From Candidatus Kinetoplastidibacterium crithidiae (GTDB lineage Bacteria > Pseudomonadota > Gammaproteobacteria > Burkholderiales > Burkholderiaceae_B), in contig CP064915.1 in NCBI GenBank assembly GCA_027557655.1, positions 719,808 to 783,807 on the forward strand: a stretch of DNA of 64,000 nt, given 5' to 3'. The notes beneath the pieces are model-generated. The model saw only the letters and a list, made by a program, of their open reading frames with translations. It was not told where the DNA came from and searched no databases. Position 1 is the stretch's first letter. The number at the start of each line of letters is the position of its first letter. Both the position numbers and the translations under genes were made by a program. This document shows positions 51,686 through 62,861 of this stretch, one piece after another.

Positions 51686-53998
51686 ATGAACAATAAAAAA
51701 TTATCATCAAGATTATTATCAAAATCCTTGATTATAACAGCCTATTTCTTACTATGTTTAATAATACTTCTTTGTATTATATCAATTTTCACATGGCCTA
51801 AATTACCAAACCTCAATGTAATGATAGATTACAAACCACCTATTCCACTAAGAATCTATAGTGCAGATAATATATTAATCGGAGAATTTGGAGAGGAACG
51901 AAGAAAACTATTACGTTTTGATGAAATACCTGATCAAATGAAACTAGCAATACTAGCAGCTGAAGACAACCATTTCTACAAACATAAAGGAATAAATTGG
52001 CAAGGAATAATAAGAGCTAGTATTATTAATTTACGTAACATGTCAAAAACTCAAGGAGCTAGCACTATAACGATGCAAGTAGCTAGAAACTTTTATCTTT
52101 CTTCAGAAAAGACATATTCTCGCAAATTATATGAGCTATTATTAACTATAAAAATAGAAAAAGAATTAACAAAAAATCAAATTCTAGAACTATATATGAA
52201 TCAAATATATCTAGGACATCATTCCTATGGTTTTGAAACAGCTTCACTAACATATCTAGGAAAACCATTATCAAAAGTAACTATAGCCGAGGCTGCTTTA
52301 TTAGCAGGTATCCCAAAGGCACCTTCAATATATAATCCTATATCGAATATAACAAGAGCACAAGCCAGGAAAAAATATATTCTTGATAGAATGTTATCGC
52401 TTGGGTACATTTCTGAGTCAGAATACCAACAAGCAATTAATCAAAAAATCCATATAAAACAAACAGGAAATAAACTAACAGATTATAAAAATTATAGTGA
52501 TCATATAGCAGAAACTGTAAGACAACTAATGTTCAAGGTATACAAAGAACAATTATACTCAAAGGGACTTAATGTCTATACTACGATCAGATCATTTGAT
52601 CAAATAACTGCATATAATGCAGTAAGAAATGCTGTCATAAAATATACCATACAATCAAGATACAATGGTCCTGAAGCTCAATTTTCGATTAAACCACCAG
52701 ATGAAAATGATACAGAAATTAAACAAAAATCTTTTAAAGAAAAACTATATAAAATATTTGACCAATATCAAGACCATAAAGAATTATTAGCATACCTAGT
52801 TATAGGTATAAATGATGAAGAAATTACATTAATCAATAGAAATCATGAGATCACTAAAATAAACGATAAAAAATCCATTGAATTAACTAAAAAACTAGAT
52901 AATAATAAGAGAATAAAGATAGGTTCATTGATATATGTGTTGCATCAAGAAAATAATATAAAGAAAATTATTAACTTGCCATCAGTACAAGCAGCTTTTA
53001 TTTCAATATCTCCTAAGAATGGAGCAATTATTTCCCTTATAGGTGGCTCAGATTTTTACAAAGATAATTTTAATAGAGCTACACAAGCTTGGAGACAACC
53101 TGGATCTAGCATAAAGCCTTTTATATACGCAGCTAGCCTGGAAAAAGGATTAACTCCCAATACTAAAATTTCTGATATGCCTTTTGAACTGACAGCCGAA
53201 CAAACTGGTTCAAAAGCATGGAGTCCAAAAAATTATGGACATCGCTATGAAGAAATTCTCACAATGCGCCAAGGCCTTTATAAATCTAAAAATATGGTTT
53301 CAATAAGAATACTAGATTATATAGGTCCCAGTTATGCCCAAGAATATCTAACAAAATTTGGCTTTGATAAAAATCGTCACCCAGCTGTTTTATCAATGGC
53401 TTTAGGAACAGGACTGGTAACTCCATTGCAATTAACTACTGCTTTTTCCACATTTGCTAATGGTGGACATTTAATACCACCATATTTAATAGAAAAAGTT
53501 ACAGATAACTCTGGACAAATTATTATGCAACATTTACCGATAGAGCCAGATAAAAGCAATCAAAGCATTGACCCTAGAACTGCTTATATTATGAATGATA
53601 TGCTAAAAGGAGTAGCCACCTATGGTACTGCATCTAGAACTAATAAATTACTTAAACGCAATGACATTGCTGGAAAAACAGGAACTACTAATGATGCAAT
53701 AGATGCATGGTTTTCTGGATATAATCAACAATTAGTAGCAACAGCCTGGATGGGGTTTGATTTGCCCAGATCATTAGGATTGAATGAAACAGGAGGAAGA
53801 TTAGCTATGCCAATGTGGATAGATTACATGAGCAAAATTTTGAAAAATATGCCTGAAGATAAAAATACTGTTATGCCAGAAGGAATCTTGAATGCTAAAA
53901 ATAATTTCTATTTTAAAGAATTCCCTCCAGGCCAAGCAATTTCTGAAATCTTATCTAAAAATCCAATTTCATTAAAAAACAATAAATTGATAAATTAA
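51686..53998 (+). CDS. mrcA: penicillin-binding protein 1A (bifunctional glycosyltransferase/transpeptidase)
   Basis: GT51 motifs EDNHFYKHKGI, GASTITMQ and RKLYE. Transpeptidase motifs SSIKP, SKN and KTGTT. Confidence 0.9.
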   Translation: MNNKKLSSRLLSKSLIITAYFLLCLIILLCIISIFTWPKLPNLNVMIDYKPPIPLRIYSADNILIGEFGEERRKLLRFDEIPDQMKLAILAAEDNHFYKHKGINWQGIIRASIINLRNMSKTQGASTITMQVARNFYLSSEKTYSRKLYELLLTIKIEKELTKNQILELYMNQIYLGHHSYGFETASLTYLGKPLSKVTIAEAALLAGIPKAPSIYNPISNITRAQARKKYILDRMLSLGYISESEYQQAINQKIHIKQTGNKLTDYKNYSDHIAETVRQLMFKVYKEQLYSKGLNVYTTIRSFDQITAYNAVRNAVIKYTIQSRYNGPEAQFSIKPPDENDTEIKQKSFKEKLYKIFDQYQDHKELLAYLVIGINDEEITLINRNHEITKINDKKSIELTKKLDNNKRIKIGSLIYVLHQENNIKKIINLPSVQAAFISISPKNGAIISLIGGSDFYKDNFNRATQAWRQPGSSIKPFIYAASLEKGLTPNTKISDMPFELTAEQTGSKAWSPKNYGHRYEEILTMRQGLYKSKNMVSIRILDYIGPSYAQEYLTKFGFDKNRHPAVLSMALGTGLVTPLQLTTAFSTFANGGHLIPPYLIEKVTDNSGQIIMQHLPIEPDKSNQSIDPRTAYIMNDMLKGVATYGTASRTNKLLKRNDIAGKTGTTNDAIDAWFSGYNQQLVATAWMGFDLPRSLGLNETGGRLAMPMWIDYMSKILKNMPEDKNTVMPEGILNAKNNFYFKEFPPGQAISEILSKNPISLKNNKLIN

Positions 53999-54016
53999 CT
54001 TCCTAATAACTATAAA

Positions 54017-54346
54017 CTATAATTTAAGTACAAAATCTCTGCCAATAATATTGGAACAAATTTCAGATAATTTTAGATCGAAATCCTGACCTCCTCTTTT
54101 ATCTTTCCATTTATAACCATCATAAAAATAGTGAAAACCTCCGTTTTTAACGGTTGCAAGCCAAAGTTCTTGTAGATAAACTTGTCCTGTTATTACTATA
54201 TAATCAAAATTATCAAACTTTACGTTCAAAATTAATCCATTTAAATCTGTATCTATGTCTATATCATAATTTAAAAGATCATCTATCTGGTCACTAACAG
54301 CATTTAGAGTTTTGCCAAATAAGTCTATAAATTCAAAATCTGTCAT
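54017..54346 (-). CDS. cyaY: frataxin homologue, iron donor CyaY
   Basis: 109 aa. Acidic N-terminal helix, ELWLA and W..D motifs. Confidence 0.85.
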   Translation of the reverse strand: MTDFEFIDLFGKTLNAVSDQIDDLLNYDIDIDTDLNGLILNVKFDNFDYIVITGQVYLQELWLATVKNGGFHYFYDGYKWKDKRGGQDFDLKLSEICSNIIGRDFVLKL

Positions 54347-54454
54347 GCTATCTTTACGCTCAAAGTTAATATATATAAAATCACATGAAAATAATATTAA
54401 GAGATATAATACAAGTATATAATATAATTTTTTCTTAAAACATAGTAACCCATT

Positions 54455-54613
54455 ATGATATCTAAAAATAGATTAAATAAGTTAATAATGATATTTTTAG
54501 TTTGTTTCCTTGTAAGCTCTTGTGGATATAAAGGAAATCTCTGTGAGACTAGTAAATTACAAAAATTTTCACAAGAAAATTTTCATAATATAAATGAAAC
54601 ACCTCATTATTAA
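54455..54613 (+). CDS. lptM: small lipoprotein, LptM (YifL)-like
   Basis: Not in the ORF track (52 codons). My translation is MISKNRLNKLIMIFLVCFLVSSCGYKGNLCETSKLQKFSQENFHNINETPHY. It has a signal peptide and lipobox VSSC followed by GYKGNL, compared with E. coli YifL ...LTGCGLKGPLY. It lies between the divergent cyaY and lysA, a conserved position for this gene. Confidence 0.55.
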   Translation: MISKNRLNKLIMIFLVCFLVSSCGYKGNLCETSKLQKFSQENFHNINETPHY

Positions 54614-54637
54614 TAAATAATTTCTCTAAATTGAATT

Positions 54638-55906
54638 ATGACTAATAAAATTAAAACCCCTTATTTAAAAATAAAAAATAACATATTACACCTGGAAGAT
54701 GTTAATCTAGAACTTTTATCTCAAAAAATTGGAACTCCCTTGTACGTTTACTCAAGAGCAAGCCTCAAGGACTCTTGGAACAGATACTATAACGCCATCA
54801 AAAATAATAATGCTATGGTCTGTTATGGTATGAAAGCTAACTCTAACCTTGCTATTTTGAAGGAATTTGTTAACCTGGGCTCTGGATTTGATATAGTATC
54901 TGGCGGAGAACTTGAAAGGGTATTATCTGTTGGAGGTGATCCTAAGAAAATAGTTTTTTCAGGTGTTGGAAAACAAGAATGGGAAATAAAAAATGCCCTC
55001 AAATCTGGTATAAAATGTTTCAATATTGAATCAGAAGCAGAATTATATAAAATATCACAAATAGCTGATGAATTAAAGATAATAGCACCAATATCACTTA
55101 GAGTTAATCCTGATGTTGACGCCAAAACCCACCCATATATATCAACAGGATTAAAAGAAAACAAATTTGGCATTGCTTTTAAAAATGCTTTTGATTGCTA
55201 TAAAATTGCTTCATCATTACCTTTTATCAAAATAATAGGTATAGATTGCCACATAGGTTCACAGCTAACAGAAATTTCTCCTTTCTCAGCCGCTTTAGAA
55301 AAAATAATTCCACTTATACAAAATTTAATTGAAAATAATATTAATATTAAACATGTAGATATTGGTGGCGGTTTAGGCATCACATATAAAGATGAGATTG
55401 TACCAGACCCAAAAGATATTGTAGATACTGCCCGTTCTAAATTAAAAGAAGCAAATTTGAATCATCTAGAATTGATATTGGAACCAGGACGTTCTTTAAT
55501 TGGCAACTCAGGAATACTTTTAACAAAAATTTTATATTTAAAACACTCTGATGATAAAAATTTTATTATAGTAGATGCTGCTATGAATGATTTAATAAGA
55601 CCAGCTTTATATCAATCGTATCATGAAATTCAACAAGTCCAATCAAGAAGTGGTCAAGCTAAAGAATATGATATAGTTGGTCCTGTATGTGAAAGTGCTG
55701 ACTGGCTTGCAAAAAATAGATTTCTTACCGTCAAAGAAAATGATCTTCTAGTTATAGAATCAGCTGGAGCTTATTGTACTACTATGGCTAGCAATTATAA
55801 TTCTAGAGTTAGACCTGCAGAAGTAATAGTAGATGGTTCAAGATTCTATGTTATTAAAAATAGAGAAAAATTATCAGACATTCTAGAATTAGAAACAACA
55901 ATTTAA
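54638..55906 (+). CDS. lysA: diaminopimelate decarboxylase
   Basis: 422 aa. YGMKANSN (PLP lysine), DIGGGLGI, EPGRSL and CESAD motifs. Confidence 0.9.
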   Translation: MTNKIKTPYLKIKNNILHLEDVNLELLSQKIGTPLYVYSRASLKDSWNRYYNAIKNNNAMVCYGMKANSNLAILKEFVNLGSGFDIVSGGELERVLSVGGDPKKIVFSGVGKQEWEIKNALKSGIKCFNIESEAELYKISQIADELKIIAPISLRVNPDVDAKTHPYISTGLKENKFGIAFKNAFDCYKIASSLPFIKIIGIDCHIGSQLTEISPFSAALEKIIPLIQNLIENNINIKHVDIGGGLGITYKDEIVPDPKDIVDTARSKLKEANLNHLELILEPGRSLIGNSGILLTKILYLKHSDDKNFIIVDAAMNDLIRPALYQSYHEIQQVQSRSGQAKEYDIVGPVCESADWLAKNRFLTVKENDLLVIESAGAYCTTMASNYNSRVRPAEVIVDGSRFYVIKNREKLSDILELETTI

Positions 55907-55913
55907 TCACTAA

Positions 55914-55942
55914 AAACAAGACTTTTTCATAAAGTCTTGTTT
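55914..55942 (+). terminator. 12-bp hairpin between lysA stop and engB start (terminator/attenuator-like)
   Basis: AAACAAGACTTT (55914-55925), loop ttcat, AAAGTCTTGTTT (55931-55942). It ends one nucleotide before the engB ATG at 55943. Confidence 0.4.
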
Positions 55943-56593
55943 ATGAATAAAGAACAAAAACCAGTGTCATTACTACATACAGCTTTCTTTTACAGTTCTG
56001 CCTACAAAACAAATCAATTACCAATAGAAGGTATTCCAGAAATATGTTTTCTTGGTAGATCTAACTCCGGCAAATCATCGGCTATAAATTTAATAACCAA
56101 TAAAAAGAAACTAGCCTTCTCTAGCAAAACACCAGGAAGAACTAGATTGATAAATATGTTTGCATTAAAGCAAACTATTAATTCTAACATATGCGGATAT
56201 CTAGTAGATTTACCTGGTTATGGATATTCGAATTTACCAAATTCAGAACAAAAAAATTTAGAAATCACAATAATTAACTACATTCAAAATAGAAAATCCA
56301 TAAGAGGTTTTATTCTATTACTAGATATAAGACGCGGTATTACTAATCTAGATAGATATCTAATAGATTTAATAGAACCATTAAACAAAACTATAATAAT
56401 ATTACTTACTAAAGTAGATAAATTAAATCACGAACAAGTCATTAAAACAAAAAAATATATAGAACAAAATCTAAGTTTTATAAAAAAACCTTTTGAAGTA
56501 ATTAGCTTCTCTGCCACTAAAAAAATAGGCATAACAGAAACAACTACTTCGATTGAAAAATTAATATTGAATAACAAAGAAATAATATTATGA
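55943..56593 (+). CDS. engB: ribosome biogenesis GTPase EngB/YihA
   Basis: GRSNSGKSSAIN (G1), DLPGYG (G3) and TKVDK (G4). ATG 55943 preferred over TTG 55937. Confidence 0.85.
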   Translation: MNKEQKPVSLLHTAFFYSSAYKTNQLPIEGIPEICFLGRSNSGKSSAINLITNKKKLAFSSKTPGRTRLINMFALKQTINSNICGYLVDLPGYGYSNLPNSEQKNLEITIINYIQNRKSIRGFILLLDIRRGITNLDRYLIDLIEPLNKTIIILLTKVDKLNHEQVIKTKKYIEQNLSFIKKPFEVISFSATKKIGITETTTSIEKLILNNKEIIL

Positions 56594-57615
56594 CATCCAA
56601 ACAAATTACCTCAGGCTATTTTCCTAATACAAGACTAAGAAGATTAAGAAATAAAAATTTTTCACGAAGACTAATTTCAGAAACAAGTATTTCAGTAAAT
56701 GACCTAATATTTCCAATATTTATAATAGATGGCATAAATATAAAACAAGCTATTCCTTCTATGCCTGGAATCTATAGGTATTCAATTGATCAAGCATTAT
56801 ATATCGCTGAAGAATGCATAAACTTAGGAATTCCTGCAATTGCACTATTTCCTGTTATTGATTCTAATTTGAAAAAAAGTAATGGTATCGAATCTATTAA
56901 TCCAGATGGCATTATTCCTAAATGCATAAAAGAAATAAAGAAACGCTTCCCAGAATTAGGTGTTATGACTGATGTCGCATTAGATCCTTATACTTCTCAT
57001 GGACAAGATGGAATAATAGATGATAGTGGGTATGTTATAAATGATACTACTGTTGAAATGTTAGTAAAACAAGCACTGATTCAAGCCAATGCTGGAGCAG
57101 ATATAATCGCACCAAGTGATATGATGGATGGCAGAATTGGTACTATAAGACATAGTCTTGAGTTAAACAACCATATTAATACTCTTATTATGGCTTACTC
57201 TGCGAAATATGCTAGTGCTTTTTATGGTCCTTTTAGAGACGCAATAGGGTCAACGAACAATTTAAAAAACTCAACAAAATTAAATTATCAAATGCATCCA
57301 GGTAACTCAAATGAAGCAATAAGAGAGGTTTTTCTCGATATTAAAGAAGGAGCTGATATGGTGATGGTAAAACCAGGTATGCCATATCTTGATATATTAT
57401 ATAGAGTAAAAGAAAAATTCGAAATGCCAACTTTTATTTATCAAGTTAGTGGAGAATATTCCATGTTAAAATCAGCTATAAACAATGGTTGGCTTGATAA
57501 TAATAAAACAATAATAGAAACAATGATAGGATTTAAAAGAGCTGGAGCAGATGGAGTTATTACATATTTTGCTTTAGAAATAGCAAAATTGATTAAACAT
57601 AACAACTTCATTTAA
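56590..57615 (+). CDS. hemB: porphobilinogen synthase (Asp-rich, Mg-type metal site)
   Basis: 341 aa. It has DVALDPYTSHGQDG instead of a Cys-rich zinc site, plus the active-site Lys regions. ATGA overlap with the engB stop. Confidence 0.9.
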   Translation: MTSKQITSGYFPNTRLRRLRNKNFSRRLISETSISVNDLIFPIFIIDGINIKQAIPSMPGIYRYSIDQALYIAEECINLGIPAIALFPVIDSNLKKSNGIESINPDGIIPKCIKEIKKRFPELGVMTDVALDPYTSHGQDGIIDDSGYVINDTTVEMLVKQALIQANAGADIIAPSDMMDGRIGTIRHSLELNNHINTLIMAYSAKYASAFYGPFRDAIGSTNNLKNSTKLNYQMHPGNSNEAIREVFLDIKEGADMVMVKPGMPYLDILYRVKEKFEMPTFIYQVSGEYSMLKSAINNGWLDNNKTIIETMIGFKRAGADGVITYFALEIAKLIKHNNFI

Positions 57616-57621
57616 ATACTA

Positions 57622-57665
57622 TTAAAAACAAACAAACTAAGAGATTGTTTACAACCTCTTAGTTT
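57622..57665 (-). terminator. rho-independent terminator of the alpha (rpoA-rplQ) operon
   Basis: 10-bp stem, AAACTAAGAG (57634-57643) with CTCTTAGTTT (57656-57665), and a 12-nt loop. On the minus strand it is followed by GTTTGTTTTT. It lies 22 nt after the rplQ stop. Confidence 0.55.
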
Positions 57666-57686
57666 AAATTTCCATACAAATATTAT

Positions 57687-58070
57687 TTATTTAGATATAG
57701 TAGAACTATTATCCGATCTATCTACCATTTCCATAAAAGCCATTGGTGCATTATCACCTTGACGGAATCCCATTTTTAAAATTCTAGTATATCCACCTGG
57801 TCTATTAAGATAACGAGGACCAATATCAGCAAATAACTTAACAACAGCTTCACGATCTCTTAAACGAGCAAAAGCTCTACGTTTATTTGCTAAAGTTGGA
57901 CTTTTACCTAATGTAATCAAAGGCTCTATAACATGACGTAATTCTTTAGCCTTTGGCAAAGTAGTCTTAATTGCTTCACAATTAATTAGGGAAACTGCCA
58001 TATTGCGAAACATAGCAAGACGATGACTACTAGTGCGATTCAGCTTACGCAACCCATTAGCATGGCGCAT
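57687..58070 (-). CDS. rplQ: 50S ribosomal protein L17
   Basis: [24 protein letters not shown]... Confidence 0.95.
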   Translation of the reverse strand: MRHANGLRKLNRTSSHRLAMFRNMAVSLINCEAIKTTLPKAKELRHVIEPLITLGKSPTLANKRRAFARLRDREAVVKLFADIGPRYLNRPGGYTRILKMGFRQGDNAPMAFMEMVDRSDNSSTISK

Positions 58071-58130
58071 AATAAATTTCCTTCAAATTTAAAAATAATT
58101 TCTTTACTATTTTAAGAACTATATGAATAA

Positions 58131-59117
58131 TCATGAATGCTCTATATCTATAGGAGGCCAATTATCTAGTTTCATGCCAAGTGTTAATCCTCTTGAGGCC
58201 AATACATCTTTTATTTCATTTAAGGATTTACGGCCTAAATTAGGAGTTTTTAATAAATCATTCTCTGTTCTTTGAATTAAATCGCCAATATAATAAACAT
58301 TTTCAGCTTTTAAACAATTAGCAGAACGAACTGTTAACTCTAATTCATCAACTGGTTTTAACAAAACAGGATCTATACGTGGAGCATTTCTAGATGGTAA
58401 TTCTTGAGAATCCTGAGATCCTTGCAAAGAGGCAAATATAGACAGCTGATCCATAAGTATAGCAGCAGCTTTTCTAATAGATTCCTCTGGAGTCATCACT
58501 CCATTTGTTTCTATATCTAAAATAAGTTTATCTAAATCAGTACGCTGTTCAACACGAGCACTTTCAACAAAGTAACTTACTTTCCTCACAGGACTATAAG
58601 AAGCATCCAATACAATACGACCTATGGAGTTGCTTTTATCTTCCATCAAGGCTCTCACATTACCAGGAACATAACCACGACCTCTATCAACCTTGAAATG
58701 TATTTCTAATTTACTACTACCAGTTAAATTACAAATTAAATGTTCCGGATTAATTATTTCAACATCATGAGGCAAACTAATATCTTTTGCTAAAACTTCT
58801 GATACCCCTTCTTTAACCAGAGTTAAATTTGCATCACTCCGACCATGAAGTTTAAACACAACACCCTTCAAATTCATCAATATATCTACAACATCTTCAC
58901 GTACCCCAGGAATAGTAGAATACTCATGAACTACCCCAGATATTATAACTTCAGTAGGGGCATATCCTTCCATAGAAGACAATAGAATACGTCTTAAAGC
59001 ATTTCCAAGTGTATGTCCATAACCACGCTCGAAAGGTTCCATCGAAACTCTAGCCCTATTTGGGCTTATAGGTTCTACCTCTATAGTTCGAGGTTTTAAA
59101 AAATCCCTAATAGGCAT
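58131..59117 (-). CDS. rpoA: DNA-directed RNA polymerase subunit alpha
   Basis: 328 aa. [23 protein letters not shown]-type N-terminal domain and a C-terminal domain containing [11 protein letters not shown]. Confidence 0.95.
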   Translation of the reverse strand: MPIRDFLKPRTIEVEPISPNRARVSMEPFERGYGHTLGNALRRILLSSMEGYAPTEVIISGVVHEYSTIPGVREDVVDILMNLKGVVFKLHGRSDANLTLVKEGVSEVLAKDISLPHDVEIINPEHLICNLTGSSKLEIHFKVDRGRGYVPGNVRALMEDKSNSIGRIVLDASYSPVRKVSYFVESARVEQRTDLDKLILDIETNGVMTPEESIRKAAAILMDQLSIFASLQGSQDSQELPSRNAPRIDPVLLKPVDELELTVRSANCLKAENVYYIGDLIQRTENDLLKTPNLGRKSLNEIKDVLASRGLTLGMKLDNWPPIDIEHS

Positions 59118-59204
59118 ACTCTCAACCCTTTTTTCAATACCCTCAGCTCGTTACACTGATAAGGCTGATAAAAACTAAATAATAATTCATCAAGCAAATA
59201 CAGA

Positions 59205-59828
59205 TTATCGAGAATAAAGTTCTACTATCATTGACTCATTTATATCTCTAGCAACATCTGCACGATCAGGAGAAGTTTTGAAAACACCAGTAAGTTTTTC
59301 AATATCAACATCTACCCATTGAGGAATACCGATATTTTCTGCTAACTTAATAGATTCTTTAATTCTACTCTGATTCCTAGATCTGTTTCGAATAGAAATT
59401 CGATCACCTGCTTTAACAGATAATGATGCTATATCAACAACCTTACCATTTACTTCAATAGCTCTGTGGTTAACTAGTTGTCTAGATTCTGCACGTGTAG
59501 ATCCGAATCCCATTCTATATACAACATTATCAAGTCTAGATTCTAGTAATTTAATCAAAGTTTCTCCAGTATTTCCTCTAAGACGCTCTGATTCCCTAAA
59601 ATATTTACGAAACTGTTTTTCTAAAATACCATACATTCTTTTTAATTTCTGTTTCTCACGCATCTGAGATCCATAATCAGATGTACGTGCTCCAGAAATA
59701 CGCCCATGTTGTCCAGGCTTCGATTCAGATTTACATTTTGAATCAAAAGATCTACGTGCGCTTTTCAAAAAAAGATCAGTTCCCTCACGACGAGAGAGCT
59801 TACATTTTGGTCCAATATAACGTGCCAT
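59205..59828 (-). CDS. rpsD: 30S ribosomal protein S4
   Basis: Start set to ATG 59828 ([16 protein letters not shown]). The upstream 15 codons of the track ORF overlap rpsK. Confidence 0.95.
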   Translation of the reverse strand: MARYIGPKCKLSRREGTDLFLKSARRSFDSKCKSESKPGQHGRISGARTSDYGSQMREKQKLKRMYGILEKQFRKYFRESERLRGNTGETLIKLLESRLDNVVYRMGFGSTRAESRQLVNHRAIEVNGKVVDIASLSVKAGDRISIRNRSRNQSRIKESIKLAENIGIPQWVDVDIEKLTGVFKTSPDRADVARDINESMIVELYSR

Positions 59829-59842
59829 GATAAATATTACCT

Positions 59843-60244
59843 TTATATACGACGACGCTTTGGAGGACGACATCCATTGTGAGGAACAGGAGTGATATCT
59901 GCTATACTTGAAATTTTAATACCAAGAGCATTCAAGGCTCTAACAGAAGATTCACGTCCAGGTCCAGGTCCTTTAATACGTACCTCGAGAGTTTTTATTC
60001 CAAAATCCAATGCAGCACGTCCAGCAGTTTCAGCAGCTACCTGTGCAGCAAATGGAGTTGACTTTCTTGATCCCTTGAAACCAGAAGAACCTGAAGTCGC
60101 CCAAGACAAAGCGTTACCTTGTCTATCTGTTATAGTTACGATAGTATTATTGAAAGAAGCATGTATATGCGCTATACCATCAGAAACATTTTTTTTTATT
60201 TTTTTGCGGATACGTGAAGAACCGCTTACAGAGTTTTTCGCCAT
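59843..60244 (-). CDS. rpsK: 30S ribosomal protein S11
   Basis: [18 protein letters not shown]...[13 protein letters not shown]. Confidence 0.95.
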   Translation of the reverse strand: MAKNSVSGSSRIRKKIKKNVSDGIAHIHASFNNTIVTITDRQGNALSWATSGSSGFKGSRKSTPFAAQVAAETAGRAALDFGIKTLEVRIKGPGPGRESSVRALNALGIKISSIADITPVPHNGCRPPKRRRI

Positions 60245-60260
60245 AATCTAAATTCCTCAA

Positions 60261-60626
60261 TTATTTTTTCAGAGAGGCAGCAGCACGACGTGGACCCTTT
60301 CGAGTACGAGCATTAGTGCGAGTTCTCTGACCTCGAACGGGAAGCCCCCTTTTATGACGCATACCACGATATGTACCAAGATCAATTAACCTTTTAATTG
60401 AAAATTGAATCTCTCGACGAAGATCACCTTCTACAGTGAACAAATTAACTTGTTCACGAATCCGCTCCAATTCCGCATCGGTCATATCCTTTATTTTTTT
60501 GCTAACAGAAACTCCAGAAGCTTCACAAATTTTGCGAGCACTAGAACGTCCAATACCAAAAATTGCGGTAAGACCAATCTCAGCATGCTGTTGTGGCGGA
60601 ATATTAATGCCAGCAATACGGGCCAT
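60261..60626 (-). CDS. rpsM: 30S ribosomal protein S13
   Basis: [10 protein letters not shown]...[18 protein letters not shown]. Confidence 0.95.
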   Translation of the reverse strand: MARIAGINIPPQQHAEIGLTAIFGIGRSSARKICEASGVSVSKKIKDMTDAELERIREQVNLFTVEGDLRREIQFSIKRLIDLGTYRGMRHKRGLPVRGQRTRTNARTRKGPRRAAASLKK

Positions 60627-60682
60627 GACTGTTCCTTGAATAAATCATTTGTTCATCAATTCTAATATGATAAAAAAACATA

Positions 60683-60796
60683 CTAACCTTGACGCTGTTT
60701 ATGACGTGGATCGGTGCAAATAATTCGCACTACTCCATGACGTTTAATTACCTTACAATTGCGGCAAACCCGCTTAACCGATGCCATTACTTTCAT
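60683..60796 (-). CDS. rpmJ: 50S ribosomal protein L36
   Basis: Not in the ORF track (37 aa). My translation is [37 protein letters not shown], located between infA and rpsM. Confidence 0.9.
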   Translation of the reverse strand: MKVMASVKRVCRNCKVIKRHGVVRIICTDPRHKQRQG

Positions 60797-60830
60797 GGTT
60801 AACTCCTAACTTTCCGTAACATTTCTTGGC

Positions 60831-61049
60831 TTACTTGGCACGGAAAATAATTCGAGCCCTAGTAAGATCATAAGGTGTTAGCTCTACAGTCACTTTATCT
60901 CCAGGCAATATTCTGATGTAATGCATGCGCATCTTACCAGATATATGACCTAAAACTACATGACCATTTTCGAGCTTAACGCGAAAATTCGCATTTGGAA
61001 GATTTTCCAAAACCTCTCCCTGCATTTGTATGACATCGTCCTTAGACAT
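60831..61049 (-). CDS. infA: translation initiation factor IF-1
   Basis: [30 protein letters not shown]... Confidence 0.95.
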   Translation of the reverse strand: MSKDDVIQMQGEVLENLPNANFRVKLENGHVVLGHISGKMRMHYIRILPGDKVTVELTPYDLTRARIIFRAK

Positions 61050-61090
61050 TATCTTTTTTACTTAAAATAAAACAAATATTTTTCATCATT

Positions 61091-62398
61091 CTAACTCTTG
61101 AAATTAGCTTTCTTAAGCAAAGAATCGTACTGATAAGACATAAGACAAGTTTGAACCTGTGTCATAAAGTCCATCGTTACAACCACAATTATTAAGAGAG
61201 AAGTACCTCCAAAACTAAAAGGCACACTCCACTTAGAAACCAAGAACTCTGGAACAAGACATATAATTAAAATATATAAAGCACCAACCAAAGTTAACCT
61301 AGTTAATATTTTATCAATATAACGTGAGGTTTGCTCTCCTGGTCTAATACCAGGTATCAAAGCTCCGCTTTTTTTGAGATTATCAGCTGTTTCTCTGCTA
61401 TTAAATACTAAAGCCGTATAAAAAAAACAAAAAAACACTATAAGAACAGAATATAAAACTAAATAAACAGGTTGTCTAGGAGACAAATATTCAGCCAATT
61501 TACTTAACCAATCCATATGTTCTACTTCAGAAAACCAACTTGCAACAGTGGCAGGAAGCAACATAAGAGCAGAAGCAAATATAGGAGGTATAACTCCAGA
61601 CATATTTAATTTTAATGGTAAATGAGAGTTCTGTCCTCTATAAATCTTATTCCCAACTTGACGTTGAGCATAATTAACAACAATTTTACGTTGACCCATC
61701 TCAACAAAAACTACTAAAAAAGTTACAACAATAACAACAGCAATGATAAAAAAGGCAGCAAATAATGTTATTGAATAAACGCGAACCATTTCTAAAAGAG
61801 CAAAAATAGCACTCGGAAGTTCCGACACTATTCCAGCAAATATTATCATGGAAATCCCATTACCTAAACCTCTTTCTGTAATTTGCTCTCCAAGCCACAT
61901 AACAAACATAGTACCGGAAACTAAAGTTAAGACTCTTGTAAACTGATAGAAAAAACTGCTATCTATGATCAAACCTTGCTGTGAATCTAGAACTAATGTA
62001 ACACCAATAGCCTGCACTAACGCAATCAAAACTGTAATATATCTTGTATATCTAGATATTTTTCTTCTTCCTGCCTCACCTTCCTTTTTCAAAGCATGCA
62101 ATGAAGGAACAATGACACTTAATAACTGCACAAAAATAGAAGCAGATATATATGGCATAATACCTAAAGCAAACACTGAAAATCTAGATAAAGCTCCACC
62201 AGAAAACATATTAAATAAACTTATAATACCACCTTGATTTCTATTAAAAAGTTCTTCTAAAGCGTAGGGATCAACACCTGGAACAGGAACATGAGTACCA
62301 ATACGATAAACTAAAAGAGCTAGAACAAGAAACAACGCTCTCCTTTTTAAATCAGAATAACCCAGATTATTGCCCAAAGATGAAATTCCTTTAGCCAC
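61091..62398 (-). CDS. secY: protein translocase subunit SecY
   Basis: 435-aa ten-TM protein downstream of rplO. Motifs [11 protein letters not shown] and GTSLLI. Confidence 0.95.
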   Translation of the reverse strand: MAKGISSLGNNLGYSDLKRRALFLVLALLVYRIGTHVPVPGVDPYALEELFNRNQGGIISLFNMFSGGALSRFSVFALGIMPYISASIFVQLLSVIVPSLHALKKEGEAGRRKISRYTRYITVLIALVQAIGVTLVLDSQQGLIIDSSFFYQFTRVLTLVSGTMFVMWLGEQITERGLGNGISMIIFAGIVSELPSAIFALLEMVRVYSITLFAAFFIIAVVIVVTFLVVFVEMGQRKIVVNYAQRQVGNKIYRGQNSHLPLKLNMSGVIPPIFASALMLLPATVASWFSEVEHMDWLSKLAEYLSPRQPVYLVLYSVLIVFFCFFYTALVFNSRETADNLKKSGALIPGIRPGEQTSRYIDKILTRLTLVGALYILIICLVPEFLVSKWSVPFSFGGTSLLIIVVVTMDFMTQVQTCLMSYQYDSLLKKANFKS

Positions 62399-62410
62399 TT
62401 CAAAATCCTC

Positions 62411-62851
62411 TTATAATATTGATCCACCAATCTCTTCTATTGCAACACGTGCACCAGCAGAAACAGAAATCCCTTTTAATATAAACTTACGAGATACAGA
62501 ACCAGATTTTATAAGCTTAACAAATTTAACACCGTTTTTTATCAAACCAGCAGCTTTTAAAATTTGTAAATCAACCTCTTCTGTCGATAATTTCTGCAAA
62601 TCAGACAAGCTAATTTGGGCATAAAGATGCTGATCTAATTGTCTAAAACCTCTCTTAGGAAGACGTCTTTGCAAAGGCATTTGTCCTCCCTCGAAACCAA
62701 CTTTATGAAATCCACCAGAACGAGACTTTTGGCCTTTATGACCACGACCTGCCGTTTTACCAAAACCAGACCCTATACCACGACCAACTCTACGCCTAGA
62801 AAATTTACTGCCCTCAGCAGGACTAAGAGAATTCAATCTAATTTCTAACAT
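62411..62851 (-). CDS. rplO: 50S ribosomal protein L15
   Basis: Start set to ATG 62851 ([15 protein letters not shown]...[12 protein letters not shown]), 10 nt after the rpmD stop. Confidence 0.9.
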   Translation of the reverse strand: MLEIRLNSLSPAEGSKFSRRRVGRGIGSGFGKTAGRGHKGQKSRSGGFHKVGFEGGQMPLQRRLPKRGFRQLDQHLYAQISLSDLQKLSTEEVDLQILKAAGLIKNGVKFVKLIKSGSVSRKFILKGISVSAGARVAIEEIGGSIL

Positions 62852-62861
62852 CTTAATACCC

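Noticed and set aside
59892-60251. 119-aa + strand ORF opposite rpsK. Similar shadow ORFs occur at 10466-10888, 33558-34007, 60405-60665, 62370-62624 and 63356-63592.
   Set aside because: All lie antisense to strongly supported conserved genes and have no motifs of their own. These are typical shadow frames of the relatively GC-richer ribosomal and other conserved genes.
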